Shown: positions 12,501 to 25,600 of the stretch, one piece after another | Layout: every line of letters begins with the position of its first letter | Position numbering within the stretch: position 1 is the stretch's first letter | NCBI GenBank assembly: GCA_964016885.1 | Contig: OZ024740.1 | Span: forward strand, 253,022,001-253,086,000 | Length of the DNA stretch: 64,000 nucleotides | Reading direction: 5' to 3' | Origin: Eledone cirrhosa | Lineage: Eukaryota | Made by a program: the position numbers and the translations under genes | The notes under the pieces: generated by a model | The model's input: only the letters and a program-made list of their open reading frames with translations | The model's database searches: none | Told to the model about the DNA's origin: nothing

Positions 12501-13639
12501 TATTATTAAGCCATATTAATTTAAATTATATTATTTTATATATATTAAATAAACATTTTAATATGGTAAATTATAATAAAAAAAATAAAGTACATGAACT
12601 TTTAAAAGTTCATTTCACATATCAATACAATTATAGAAAATTGCCATTGTAGTGAATGAACCATAACATCCAATATAGTATATTAGCCAGTATAGAAAAT
12701 GTGTGGTTTTGGTTATTTTACTATCTTGTTTGACTCCAAATTAGAAATAGTATCAGAAGGCTTTAGGCTGCGTTAAACGTTAATTGTATTGGAACAACAA
12801 AATCTAGTCAAAGTATTTTTGAACATATATTTATTGTATGAACGTATTCTCCAAGTGTGTTTACAGATGTCATCAAAGAAATACATATTTGTGTGGCAAA
12901 GTTTATAAGGTGTATGCGTAGGATACAAGATTATCTTGGTTAGTTGTTGACAGTTTGTAGACGTCGTATTTTTTGTATGAATGTTACATAGAGATTTGTT
13001 GGGTTATAGTCGAAACCAAGTCGTTCGGTGAGGACAACAGATTATCCTGTGTTCTCGTTTGAGAACTATCTGTTGAACGAAATACATGTTGGAACGACTA
13101 ATATGCGTATCTTCCAGTGTTAAGACTTTCTGTTGCACTGAAGATCCGCGATTGGTCAGTTTGTCAGTAAGGTCAATCAGTGTGAAAATCAGCAGCAACC
13201 AATATTCTGAGAATTCGCAAGTAGTCAGTTTCTACGAATTCGAGGGAGAATTTATGTACGCTACACATTAAAACAAAATAAGTTATTATTGTAATTTTTA
13301 ATAAAAATAACTATTGTAAATAACTTTTTAATAATTATTATATCATAACACATTTTTCATTTGTAGTAATTTTTAAAGTTGTAGTATTTTTTTGCGCTCC
13401 TCTAAATCCTGCGCCCTAGGCAAGCGCCTAGTTCGCCTAACAGTAGCGCCGGCCCTGCCAATGACCATGCTACACAACATAGTACTAACATTCTTCGGCA
13501 TGCAGGCAGGCCGGCCACACTGCAAGCTGCAGTGTCAGTGACCAAAATATTGTTAAAAATTTTTGCAACAGCACCGGCCCTCTGGCACACCGGCCGTTCT
13601 GGCATTTGCCTGGTTGCCCGATAGGCCAATCCGCCAGTG
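9516..13639 (-). mobile_element. hAT DNA transposon (composite of two hAT elements)
   Basis: 8 bp TSD AGCATCTG at 9508-9515 and 13640-13647; terminus ..AATCCGCCAGTG with a shortened inverted partner CGGATTGG at 9516; a second hAT-type end ..GCGCCGGCCCTG at 13457. Confidence 0.85.
9618..12378 (-). pseudogene. hAT (ZMYM1/DUF4371-type) transposase, frameshifted and chimeric
   Basis: TTF-type Zn finger FCFCCKLF; YFSIILDCTPDVSHTEQ; GQGYDNGSNM; WCYAHILNL; ETRW; C-terminal dimerization region CEGSFSTLKFVKNRLRSTL. Confidence 0.85.
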
Positions 13640-15587
13640 AGCATCTGATATCTTTTTCGCCTTAATTCTACTGCTCTGAGCCAGTGTTACAGTAATGCCA
13701 GAGTCCTGGTGTTTCTCCAGTGCAAGACGCATACAATAGTCCACTGCAATGATAAAAAGGTAGGGAGCCAATGTATCTCCCTGGAGCACTCCAGCCAGTA
13801 TCTCAAAGAACTCCATCATCCCATCAGGTGTAATGACTTGGGCTTTGGTGTTGATCTTCTTGGCTCTCTGAAACTCCTCTCTGGTGAAGGGTCCTGTCTC
13901 AGTATCCAGTTCCTCAAACGTCTGGGCTGTGGAGGGGGGGGGGGGGGGGGGGGCTCCTAGTAGGGTCCTAAAATGGTCCAGCCATTTCCTCTTCCTATCC
14001 TCGGGCCCTGTTTCCTGGATCTGACTCGGAACACCTTTTCTTCCTCGCTGTGATCTCGTTGATGATCATCAAGCTCTCCTTACATCCAGACCTGTCAACC
14101 GCTCTCTCCACACTTCTAATCTTCTCTATCAGTGCCTCCTCTCTGGCCTCAGTGTAAGCGGTACAGAGTTCTTCCCTCATCACCTCTATATCCTCCTTCC
14201 TCTCCTCCATAGCCTCAGCATAGAATTGGTCCTTGGCAGCTTTCAGGTGTTCTCTGGCTGCACACACTTTTGGGTTTGCAGAGCTGATATTCTTCTTCTC
14301 TCTCTCTTCGGCACTAGGGTCTCACTTGCTTCCGCCACTGCATTGGTGAAGTAACCGTACCTCCTCGTCACACTCTTCTCAGTGTCTCCAATCTCTCTCT
14401 CCTCTGCCTCTCCACAGAGCACTGAACCTATTCCTCACTTCTACTGTGAACCTCTCCTGTAGCTTATCATCTCCCTTGAAAGCTCCCCAGTCATAGATTG
14501 CTCTCCGGGGCTGAGCCTTGCTCTTTCTTAAGCTCACCTGGACCTCACTCATAACAAGCCAGTGGTCACTGCCCGGTGTACTGAAATAGTTGTATGGTTC
14601 TGTGTTCAGAACACTACCACCACTTTTTCCTCACCAGAATGAAATCACCCTGGGACTTGGACAGGTTTATATCTGAGATTTTCCTAAACCTTAGGTTGGT
14701 TGATATCAAGTTTGCCTCCAGCAGGGTGTCCCTCAGAAGTCTTCCATTTTGGTTGGTGTTGTTATGGAAGTACCAGCAAGGATCTTCACTGCTCTCCTTA
14801 CTCAGATGTGCATTGAAGTCCCCCAGAACAAGCAGGATGTTGTGTGCTTGTGTGGTGTTGACAGCTCTACACACCTCCTCTTAGAACTCTTCCGCACTCA
14901 CATCACTGTCTCCCTCGGTTGGACTATAGGCTGAGATGACTGTTAGTCTTGGGTTTCCATGAAGGTCACCCTCAACACTCGCGGGGAGACAGGTATTACT
15001 TCCCTCACCAATAGATTGGTTTTTGTACTGAACACAAAACCCACTCCTCCTACTGCAGCATTTGTCGTGTTCTTCACTGGCTCATCATGTAGGATCCTGT
15101 GTTTTTGGATCGCAAGTATCTGCATACCACTCTCCTCGAACAGATCACCCAACTCCTCTCTCTTCTCCAGCGTCCGAACAGTCCTCACATTCAGAGTGCC
15201 CATTTTAATGGCTCTTTTGCAGGACAAAACTGCATTCTTTATATTTGTCTCAGAGACAGCTGATCCATCATCCACTGGCCCTCCCTGTGGCTCTAAACCA
15301 GCAGAGTCACAACGATCAAACTGCTCCTTGACAGTGTAGTTAGGTGCTCCATAGCTGATAATACCTTACCGGCGCCACTCGAATATGGTAATTATTTAAC
15401 CCATAAATGGGGCCCTAACAGGTACTACTACTCCAAGCCAGAGCAGGCCTGGGATTGATAACAACTAAGGGGTAACTCCACATTCCCTACAGCTCCTGAA
15501 CTCCCGAACTGGAGCCTTGCCACTGGGTGTAGTTTAATGTTATACTGATCACTACTATATTCTATATATATATATATATATATATAT

Positions 15588-18230
15588 CATCATCATCATC
15601 ATTTTACGCCAGCTTTTCCTTTTTGCAAGGGTACGACAGGTCCTATTCAGTACAGCATCTCTCCATTCGTCACGCTCCTTTGTCATCTCCTCTGTGAGCT
15701 TCAGTGATCTGAAGTCAACTGTCGCCACCTTTGCTCATGTTTTTTGTGTCCTTTCTGTATTGCGTCTTCCTTCTACCGGGATTTCTTGGTACTTCTTCAA
15801 CCAGTGGTCATCTTCCCTGGCCATACCAATGCAGTATTCACTCCTACACACTACAGTTTATTCCTCTTATACACAGTTTCACTCTCAACTTGTCCATGCT
15901 TGGTCGTTCACGCACATTGACATTGCACATCCATCGGAGCATGCTTGCTTCATTTCTCTCCAGCCTTCACATATCCTCCGCATTGTGTACATTCTATAGA
16001 GTTTATGCCAACTCCTTATTAACACTTAAGTTTTTGCTAGGTTCACTCTCAGTCCCTTTGTTTCCAACTGCTGTTTCCACATTGGAATTTATTCTCTAGC
16101 TCCCCTACTGATTCTGCCATAAGTACCAGATTCTCAGCATAGAGAAGTTTGCATGGGCAACCAGTCTTAAACTCCTGTTATGGCTTGGGGGACTATAATG
16201 AATAAGAGTGAGCTGAGGACCGAACTGATGAACTCCTACTTGTATCTGAAATTCCTTACTAACCTCCATTCCTACTCTCACTTTACTGACAGATCCTCTG
16301 TACATAGCTTGCACTGTTCTCACAAGCCATGCCTCTACACCTAGTTTCCTTAGGGACACCAGATGACAGGTCGGGGTACCCTATCAAAGGCCTTCTCTAG
16401 GTCAACAAAAGCTAAGTATAGTGGCTTATTCTTCTCTAAGAACGTCTCTTGTAGTTGTCTCACTAAGAGGGCATCTGTTGTACTTTTCCCAGGCACAAAA
16501 CCAAACTGCATCTCATCTAATTTACCCTTGCTCTAATTAGTTGTGCTAACACTCTTTCTGTCATTCATAACCTGATCCATCAGTTTTATGCCCCTATAAT
16601 TGCTCCTCTCTAGAACATATCCTTTACCTTTGTAGCAATTTACAAGAATACTGCTGTACCAGTCTTTGAGTATGACTCCGCCATATATAACTTGATTGAC
16701 TATGCGTGCAACCAGTTTAGTTCCTACTTCTCTAGATGCCTTCAACTTCTCAGCAACTATCCTTGACAGTCCAGCGGCCTTACCCCTTTTCATTTCCTTA
16801 ATTGCTTCTTTGACCCTATAGTCATCAACCTCAATAGTTAGTCCCTCTGTTGGGGGTAGTTTCTCTCCCTCTCCCATTCATTCTCAACATTCATCATCAG
16901 TCTCTCATAATGACATTTCCAGGTATTCTTTTTCTGAGCATCAGTGACACTAAGTGCACCGGCATCATTCTGGACACACTTATCTCCAACAACATCCTGA
17001 TTTACACTGACACACTGCCTTGCAATGCAGAACACCGCACGACTCTGATCCTCTCGTCGCAGAACATTGGCAAACCTCCTACTCTCGGCTTCCCTGCGTG
17101 CTAAGTATACTTGACATCTAGCCTCTCTTTTAGTGGCTGAGTATCAGTCTCTACTCCCCCCATTTTTCCAATCCTACCATGCTTGTCTTTTGTCTTTAAT
17201 GGCTCTATTTACTATGCTGTTCCACCACCAAGTCACCCTCTGTCTGGTTGGAGCTTTGCTCCAGCCACAAGTCTCTTCAGTTGCTTGCAGTAGGTTGTCG
17301 CGTAAAAACATCCAGTTATGTTCTATATCATACAATTCTAATTCGTCCTCTTTCTCGTCATACACATCTTGTAGGGCTTTCCTAAACTTATATTTAAGTG
17401 AAAGGTCCTTTAGCTTCCAGACCTACCTTTTCCATACCTTTCTGTGTGTCTCATTCTGTCTCTTGCTTATTGAAATGTCACTAACGACTAACCTATGTTA
17501 TGGGGTACATTCTTCCCCAGGGTATGCCTTATTATTCGCAACCATCTGTCTGTCTCATTGCCTAACTAGCAAGAAGTCAACCTGGCTTATGTGCTCTCCT
17601 GATTGGTAGATGATTAGGTGATTGGCAGATTTCCTGAAGTTAGTTTTGCAAAGGATTAGTTCACTTGCATCACAAAATTCAGGAAGCCTCATTCCTTCTT
17701 TGTTTCTTTAGCCATAACCATAACCACTGTGTACCCCAGTGTATCTATCTTGGACCTGTCCAACATGACCATTGAAGTCACCTGCTAGTATGACTTGGTC
17801 TCTGTCTTCTGTCACTATGGTTGTCTCTAGAAGTTGCTCGTAAAAGCCGTCCTCCTCTTTACCTATACCCACTTGGGGAGCATAGGTAGAGATAATTGGC
17901 AGCAACCTATTACCTGCAACTAATCTAATCTTAATGATTCTATTACTTTCTTTAACTACCTCTATTGTCTTGTTAATCCACTTCTCGACCAGTAAAATGC
18001 CTACCCCACCTATCCCATCATCGTTTCCTACCCAGAAAAGCTTATAGCTAAGCTGTTTGCCTGTGATTAGCCTTTCTGAGGCACCTCTCCATCTCACCTT
18101 TGGCACGCAGCACACATCCATGTGTCTTCTCTCTAGCATCTCTACTGTCTCACCAGATCTACCTCCCAGTGAGCCAACATTAATTGTGGCAACCCTGAAA
18201 TGTGTCATCTTTCATTGATTTTTCCTTTTT
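15588..18230 (-). mobile_element. RTE-clade LINE (second family), decayed
   Basis: (CAT)n tail at ~15588; APE endonuclease ORF 17708-18208 (ATINVGSL, YAPQVG, AGDFNGHVG); RT fragments 16105-17365 (NYRGIKLM, GVHQ). Confidence 0.85.
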
Positions 18231-18799
18231 CTCTGCAATGAAAAATAAGTAAAATCATTATCATCATTATTATTGCTGTGCAATTGTTTGATGTCACACC
18301 ACTACCATGCGCAGTCATAACATGATTAGTGTTATTACTGTTTACGCAGTATTGTGCTTATGTTGTACTCATAATCTTTTGGCATTAATATACTGGTTGG
18401 ATGCCCTTCCTATCACCAGCACCACTTTATAGCATGGACTGGGTGCTTTTATTCATGCCACTAACACTAGAGAGGTTGTCTTACTGGGCTCAGGGGCCCC
18501 CTCCACCCCATACTTTAGCATGGTTTTTAATGGCTGAATGCCACTTCCATTACCTCGATTTTACACCATGCACTGGCATTTATCTGTGCTACCAGCACTA
18601 GGGAAGTTGTCTTACTGGACTTAGGGGGATTCTCCACTCTGCACCAATTTATTTGTGTGTATATATATATATATATATACACGCGCTCACACACATACAC
18701 AATGAATTTTGTTGGAGTTTCGGAACAGCACCCCACCCCACAAATAACATTTTATGTCCATTTTTTTCTGTTTTGCATAGATTGGATCAAGCCTGGAGC

Positions 18800-19065
18800 T
18801 TATTATCCCACCAACAGCTATACAAACATTACTCTGGGAAGGACACCAACCTGTCGCACATCTATCCCTACTCAGCTGCTACCCAACACCACTCTGGGCA
18901 GGACACCAACTTGCCACAGAGCTACCTCCACCCCTACAGCTACACAACACCAACCTGGGTAAGACATCATCCTGTCACAGGGTACCCACACTCAGTTGCT
19001 ACACAACACTACTCTGGGCAGGACACCAACCTGTCACAGAGCTACCCCCATTTGACTGCTACTGA
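18800..19065 (+). repeat. Minisatellite, ~59 bp unit, ~4-5 copies
   Basis: Repeated ACTCTGGGCAGGACACCAACCTGTCACAGAGCTACC core. Confidence 0.8.
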
Positions 19066-19439
19066 TACTCTATCAGCTGGATGAGCTGAAGCAACATGAA
19101 ATTGTTTTATTTAAAGTCACAACACATCACTTGATATTAGAATTGAACTCACAAACTTATGATCGTGAATCCAACACCCTTAACAGATTGGCCATGCACC
19201 TAGGTGTTAGGGTGTTCATAGAAAAGTAATGGTTATAGCCAGGTTTGAACTCACAATCATGAGATAAGTAGGGCAGCAACTTAGCCCCATATGTTTTTGT
19301 TGCTGCTGTTACAGCTCACTCTTAGGTTGTTTTAGATGGTCTCCTACAAACTTACATCTCATAGAAAGTTTCATCGCTGTTACATTATATAAAAAAGAAG
19401 ACATTATTTTATTTTAGTATTTCAGATTTTACAGAAATA

Positions 19440-19467
19440 ATGGCAAGCCAGATTGCTGCTGAGAAAG
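19440..19467 (+). CDS. CEP95: CEP95-like gene, coding exon 1 (MASQIAAEK)
   Basis: ATG at 19440; donor AAG|GTAACT; upstream acceptors at 19417/19425/19434 imply a 5' UTR exon; phase 1 joins exon 2 in frame. Confidence 0.6.
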
Positions 19468-19889
19468 GTAACTATAGTGTTTAATGTTGTTTGTATTGCT
19501 TAGCCCCACATTGTGGCACTGTTGGGGCAGAACTAGGACCAAAAATATTCCATATATAACCATCTTGTGTTCTTAAGGGTTTATAAGACTACATAATCTA
19601 ATGTGGTAAAGTGTCCTTCATTTTTAAGGTAATTGAAATGTAATTTGAATGATATTTAGCTTATATTTCTAGCAGTACAAGTGACCACATAGCATCTCTT
19701 GCATTGGCATATATTATTTTATCATAATTCAGGAGGTGGATTGGTAGAATCGTTTAAGCATTTGCCAAAATACTTAGCGGTACTTAGTCATGCCACATCC
19801 CCCTCCCACCCGCACTCTCAACTTCCCCATCCCTGTCATTGCCACCCTAGTCTAACTTAGGACAACACATATTACTAGCAGTGATAAGT

Positions 19890-20130
19890 GGTAATACTGG
19901 TGTCAATAAAATACAACAGACCCACTCTGCTGAGTGGTAGTGCTAGTGCCATGATAAAAAGCACCCAGTCCACTCTACAAAGTGGTAGTACTGGTGTCAC
20001 AGTAAAATGCACTCAGTCCACTCTGCAAAGTGGTGCCACAAGAAATAGCACCTAGTTCACCTTGTTGGGTGGTAGTGAGGATGCCATGATGGAACACACC
20101 TGGTACATGCTGTGAAGTGGTTGAGTCATA
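19890..20130 (+). repeat. Degenerate ~47 bp tandem repeat (same family as 47140-47475)
   Basis: Repeated GTGGTAGTGCTRGTGCCATGATAAAA..CACCCAGTCCACTCT. Confidence 0.6.
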
Positions 20131-20544
20131 GAAGCCATGCCAACATGGGGCATACAGGCAAGATGTAGCTGCCTGACCTGTCTAGCTACACAGCCTGACA
20201 ACCTATCTAACTCATGCAAGAATGGAAAATAGATATAAAGTGGTGGTCATGATGTTCAATTTTGTCTTTCATCTTTTCAAGGTCAATAAAATTAAGAACC
20301 AGTCAAATACTGGGATTGGTTTAATGGACTTTCTCTTCTACCCACAAAATTGCTGGCCTTATGTCTAAATTAAAAACTTACTTCATTGTGATTCCTTAGT
20401 TGCACTTGTAGCGAAGATAAAATGATGTTATGTTTCTGGATATATGTCACTATCTATATATATGTGTGTGTATATATATATGTGTGTGTGTGAGAGTGCA
20501 TATAAATATGTATATATGTGAGTGTGCGTGTATATACACACATA

Positions 20545-21065
20545 AAAATGAGAAAACTCATCGCTAGAACAGACGTTAAAACAGCTAAATGCTGTCAAAG
20601 ACAGCAGTGGGCAAAAATGCCTCAGAGGACAGAGACCAATATCCAGTGGAGAGACAATCCACAAGGTGGGTGACAGGCAGATGAAATATAGAAAAGATTG
20701 AAAAAGGAGGAGGACAAGGAGAAGTGTGTGACTAGGAGGAAATAAAGAAAGGCGATGTACAATTCACACGCATCTTCATCCTCACCAGCTCTTAAACCAG
20801 CAAAATGATTTCGCACAATTTAATTGAGAGTAACATTTTAGAATGCTGGATTGTGCAACAGAAAAATAAATCTTTCTGCTGGTATGATCTGTGCATGATA
20901 AAACAAACAGCACATATAGAAGGACAAAAGAAGATTGGATTGTCGCTCTGTCGACCACTGACTGCTGGTCTCTGTCCTCTTAGGCATTTTTGCCCATCGT
21001 TGTCTTTGACAGCATTTGGCTATTTTAACGGCTGTTCTAGCTATAAGTTTTCTCCTTTTTATATG
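20545..21065. repeat. Inverted repeat pair (~120 bp arms), probable Penelope pLTR derivative
   Basis: 20545-20662 is the reverse complement of 20935-21062; directly adjacent to a GIY-YIG fragment. Confidence 0.6.
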
Positions 21066-22130
21066 TATTTAAATACACTCTTGCTTTGTCTCAATCAGAG
21101 ACGACAATGCTTTTCATATACTTGATTTCAGACTGAGCATCTCTGATAGTGGTGAAATCCACACTGATTTCTACTGCAAAGCGGCCAGCAGAGACCTGTT
21201 TGTTCATTACAAATCTGCCCTCCCCAATAGCTCCAAAAGAGGGTAGATCTTCAACGAAATGGCTTGCATATGCAACCGATGCAGTGACGCTGCTAATAGA
21301 GCTACCCATATCAGACAAATCCACAAAGTACTTGCCATATGCAAAGCCATCAGAAGAGAAAGCTTCAATATCAAACTAGCTCACTCTGGACCTTCCCTGC
21401 GAAGATGCCTCTCCACAAGGCAACCCCTCCCAACAAGAATAACGGAAGCACCCTAGCCAATTGCCCTATCCGCAACACTAATTGTTGCCTACATACCTAT
21501 GTAGTATACAGAATGTAACAAGTGCAATCTATTTTACATAGGCAGCACTATTCGACAGTTACATCTCCATATTAAAGAGTATGTTGACACCAACTCCTCT
21601 TCCTTCTGCAAATGCATCATCAAATGTGGAAACCAGGACAATATTACCACCGCAATCTTAGCTACCAAACGCAGTATAGCACGCTGAGAATTAAGGAAAC
21701 CCTCTTAATGAAGCAATTAAAACCTAGGATCAATAGGAAAGAAGTGCACCAGAATGGCTAATTTAAAAGCCTGTATTCTAACATCCCAGTGGCCTGTTTC
21801 TAGACTCACACATATACATATATCACACACATATTTTCCCCTTTTATTATATACATATTCGCACACGCCTTTCAATACATAAATTTACATACAAATATTC
21901 CACTAAGCACACTTACATTCACACACACACATGCATATATCAAACACTTTTCTGTACATATTTCACAACGGGCTCGTTCAAAATTTTAACGTCTTTTCAT
22001 TTCATTTAACTTAAATTTGCCTTCCAAATAAGTCAACTCTGAATGATCCTTTAAGTCTCTCCTAAGGATACTCCCTTGATAATGGCTTTTTAAACCTGAA
22101 AATATTTGGTATCATTAAATTTGCTATGGT
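21066..22130 (+). mobile_element. Penelope-like element 3' fragment (RT C-terminus/GIY-YIG endonuclease), decayed
   Basis: YTECNKCNLFYIGSTIRQLHLHIKE at ~21505-21580; YLPY motif upstream. Confidence 0.65.
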
Positions 22131-22280
22131 AAGATTCTTTTGTTATCTTAGCGATTTAATTTTCTTTCTAATGCATTGTTTGTTTTCAAAATTATATATA
22201 TATATAGATAGATTTAATATATGTATACATATATAGTAATCATCTACCTCTCTCATTGTGTGTTTCTTCCCTTCTGTAAG

Positions 22281-22409
22281 AACTGGTTTGTTTAACAAAC
22301 AAATTGTTGCATCATCTACATGTCTCTCAAGAAGTGGAATGTGTAGCAGATATCACAGCTGAAATATTTGTGATTATCTTTGAAGGTCTCTATGGAGAGA
22401 GACTCCCAG
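22281..22409 (+). CDS. CEP95: CEP95-like gene, coding exon 2
   Basis: Acceptor CTGTAAG|, donor CAG|GTAATA; (E)LVCLTNKLLHHLHVSQEVECVADITAEIFVIIFEGLYGERLP resembles the CEP95 N-terminus as I recall it (ANNLLFKCH..DANVFIALYQSILGEKVP). Confidence 0.8.
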
Positions 22410-22639
22410 GTAATATCTTTCCTATAAATTATTATTATTATTATGGTCAGACGTCTTTTTGCTTACTCCTGTTTTGCTTACCTGTTATAAATCATTTATT
22501 ATTCATTTTTTGTTGTCGTGAAAAGAACATAAGCCCTTGGACTTTGCCCTCAAGAGGGGAGACCCCAATATATTTGGGCTTTTGGCCCAAATATTTCCAT
22601 TATCTTTTGTTTTATTTTGCGTCATTAATAGACTTTTTT

Positions 22640-25600
22640 TTAAATGGCGGCAATGCCCTCCTCCAAATCCAGCATGAGTGAACAGGTGATGCCATGTGAC
22701 AATCCAAAGGCCGTCACCACTACCTCAACTCTCGCCAGCTTCACCAGTGTCAGGGTCACTGTCGCCAACAGCAAGAGCAGCAACAATGATACTGCCAGCA
22801 ACAGCCGCAATAACATCACCAGCAACAGCAATGGTGACAAAAACAGCAGCAGCAGTTACAACAATGGCAACAGTCATGACGTGTGTGTAAGGCCCACTAT
22901 AACATTTTCAAAACTACCACTGTCCTTTCCACAATGAATAGTACGTATTAAATCAAAAAAACAACACAAATGAAGACACTGACACTACCACCACCACAAC
23001 AACAACAACTAACAACAAAAACAGTGTCAAGAACAAGACATTTGCAGCTACCGCTAAACAATCAACAGAAATTATTACAATGAACTTTGGCACAAGTGGC
23101 TGCTCTAATCAAGAGTAGACATAGTCCCCCCACCTGAGGTGTTGGTAGCATTGGACAGAAGAACTGTGGTAAGCAAATCCAGATGCCCACAAGTAGCACC
23201 GCAGAATGAATATGAAAGAACATTGAAAGACCTAATGCTGGACATAGATCACATTGCCAAGGCAAGACAATACACAATCATTTCAGTGCTCTTTAAGAGC
23301 AAAGATCTGTCCGAACAGACTAATTTATACTGTACCCTTCATATCAAGAAAGAAGGACAGTAAGGGCAAAGGTTCTTGGCATCCTACCAGGCTTTAACCT
23401 GATAGAGGACCTATCTGACACCAGGTGGCATGTTGCTAAACTTGGTCGCAGAAGGCAAAAGGCCACCCTGCTGTCACCTGTGTGTAGAGAAAAAACCCAC
23501 TGTAAAGCCTTTTGTCCTCAACTGAAGACAAGAGACCACATTGCTGCCAAAACAGAAACCACAGCATCAACAACAACAACAGCAGCAGCAAACAACATCA
23601 ACAGCAATGGCAACAGTGAGAGAACTGTCAACAACAACATTGAAGACAACACCAACCACCCAGGGGTCGTCCAATCAAGATCTTCTCCTCTCTTTCAAAC
23701 ACACACTCACACAACTGTAAACACCCACCCACTACCCTCTGACACAGAATCCCCAGAGACTAATTCCTCCTCATCTGGTGAAGATGAGGGGGAAACCCCA
23801 AAACGCACACCAACAAGCGCACCAAACACACACACAGCAAACACAGACACACCTATAACAACACGAACATAACCGCAACTCATGACCCACAAAAGAAAAC
23901 ACACAAACACCCAACTCTGAATTATTAAGAAGGGCCAACAAAAAACTTATGGCCGTAGTAACACAAAGTCAGAATATTGAGAAAGAGGGGGAAATTTTTG
24001 GTACCTGCACCTTCAAAGTTTCCCAAACACTACGGATGGTGCGGATGTCAGTAAACACCTATAAAAACATTAGGGAGAGCTTCCCCAATGACATGAGGAC
24101 CCCTAGTGTGAAAGCCTCGAGTAGGCTTTTAAAAGGGTTCCCAAAGGAACACCACCAATCAGGAATGGAGGCCGAACTATCCCACCTCCAACAGCACCTG
24201 GAGGTCAAGTAATCCTCCCCTTTTCCTTTTTCTTTCCGAATGATATGGCTGTGCTAAGATTAGGTTGTTTGAATGTATGTGACCTGGGGTCTGCCTGAAA
24301 GCAAGACCGCTTCCTCAATGACCTCAGGTCACTAGCAATGGATATGACATCCATGAACGAGACCAGGATTTCCGACGCGCCCACTCACACCCATCCTCGA
24401 TGATTTGGAGATCTGTGCATCTCTTAATCGATCCGGAATATGAGGTGGGGTGGCAGTGCTGTTTAGGAAGGCCCTGAGTCTCTAGGTACGGATCATCTTC
24501 CTGGATCAGGACAGTAAGTTGGTGGTCCTGGATGTGAGCAGCAGTGATGGTGGTTATTTTAGACTGGTGCAAGAAGGCCAAATTTCTTCAGGCATCTGGA
24601 AGCCTTTCTGGGAACATCTCACCCTTTAGTGTTAGCGGTGGACTGGAATGGCATCTTTAGATGCACGCTGGGATTGTATAAGAATAGCTAATAGGAGCAG
24701 TGGGTGCAAAAACATCAAATGCCTGATCAGCTAGTTCCAACTGTCTGACAGATACCAACTAGATTTCCCTAATGCGCCAGTGTGGACCTGAACAAAACGC
24801 ATAAGGTCAACTAAATCATATATAGATAGGATTTTTGTTAGGTCAGTAGATAAGAGATGGCTGAGGCACAGCATGGTAACAAAACCATAATTCAGTCTTT
24901 GACGGACTGAGACGAACATAAGCTGAACGATTCCAGGCATATGTGTGAGGCCTTTCGCCAGCACTTCGCTCAGCTGTTCAGGGAGGTCGGAGATGGTGGC
25001 ATATTTCAGTTCCTACCTGGATGGCCTACCGCATCTCTAGCCAGCCGCTGCTGAGCGCTGCAAAAGGCCGTTAACTTCAGCTGAGATTTGAGATGCCATA
25101 ATCAGCTACATGAGGCACAAGTCAACCAGTTTGGATGGTCCGCCTGACAAGCTTTACATATATATGCCACACTTGTTCTTCAATCTCCTCCAAGTGGTCT
25201 ATTGCAACTGGTAACAGAACAAGAGTATTCCCAGTTCTGTGAGCTTAGTGACGCTGATAAGGAAAGACGAGAACAAGAGGGATGTGTTAGTTAACTTTAG
25301 GCCCATAACTCTGCTAAACACTGAGTTTAATATTTTGGCCATGGTGTTAGCGAAGAGGTTGGTGTTTGTCGTTGAGGATTTGGTCATAGATGATGACCTC
25401 CACCTCATGCGATACATCAGAGAGGGTAGGATGTAAACCTGGCTTCAGTGGGGCTCTAATTAATTTAGATCAATCGAAATCTTTCGATAGGTTGACCATC
25501 GATACCTGGCGGATGTCTTCAAGGCAGCTGGCTTCGGCCCCATCTTCAGAAGCTCGATCGCTGCAATGCACAATGGCATCTGCTCAATGGTCATCTTTCG

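Larger units (their letters stand above)
3811..15550 (-). mobile_element. RTE-clade LINE, near full length but decayed, split into three pieces by Academ and hAT insertions
   Basis: 3' end 3811-3935; C-terminus 8958-9515 (VESVLLYGSETWTLT, EFADDIVL); RT 13640-13850 (GVLQGDTLAPYLF); APE endonuclease 14614-15275 (GTLNVRT, LGDFNAH); the pieces rejoin exactly across the TSDs. Confidence 0.85.
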
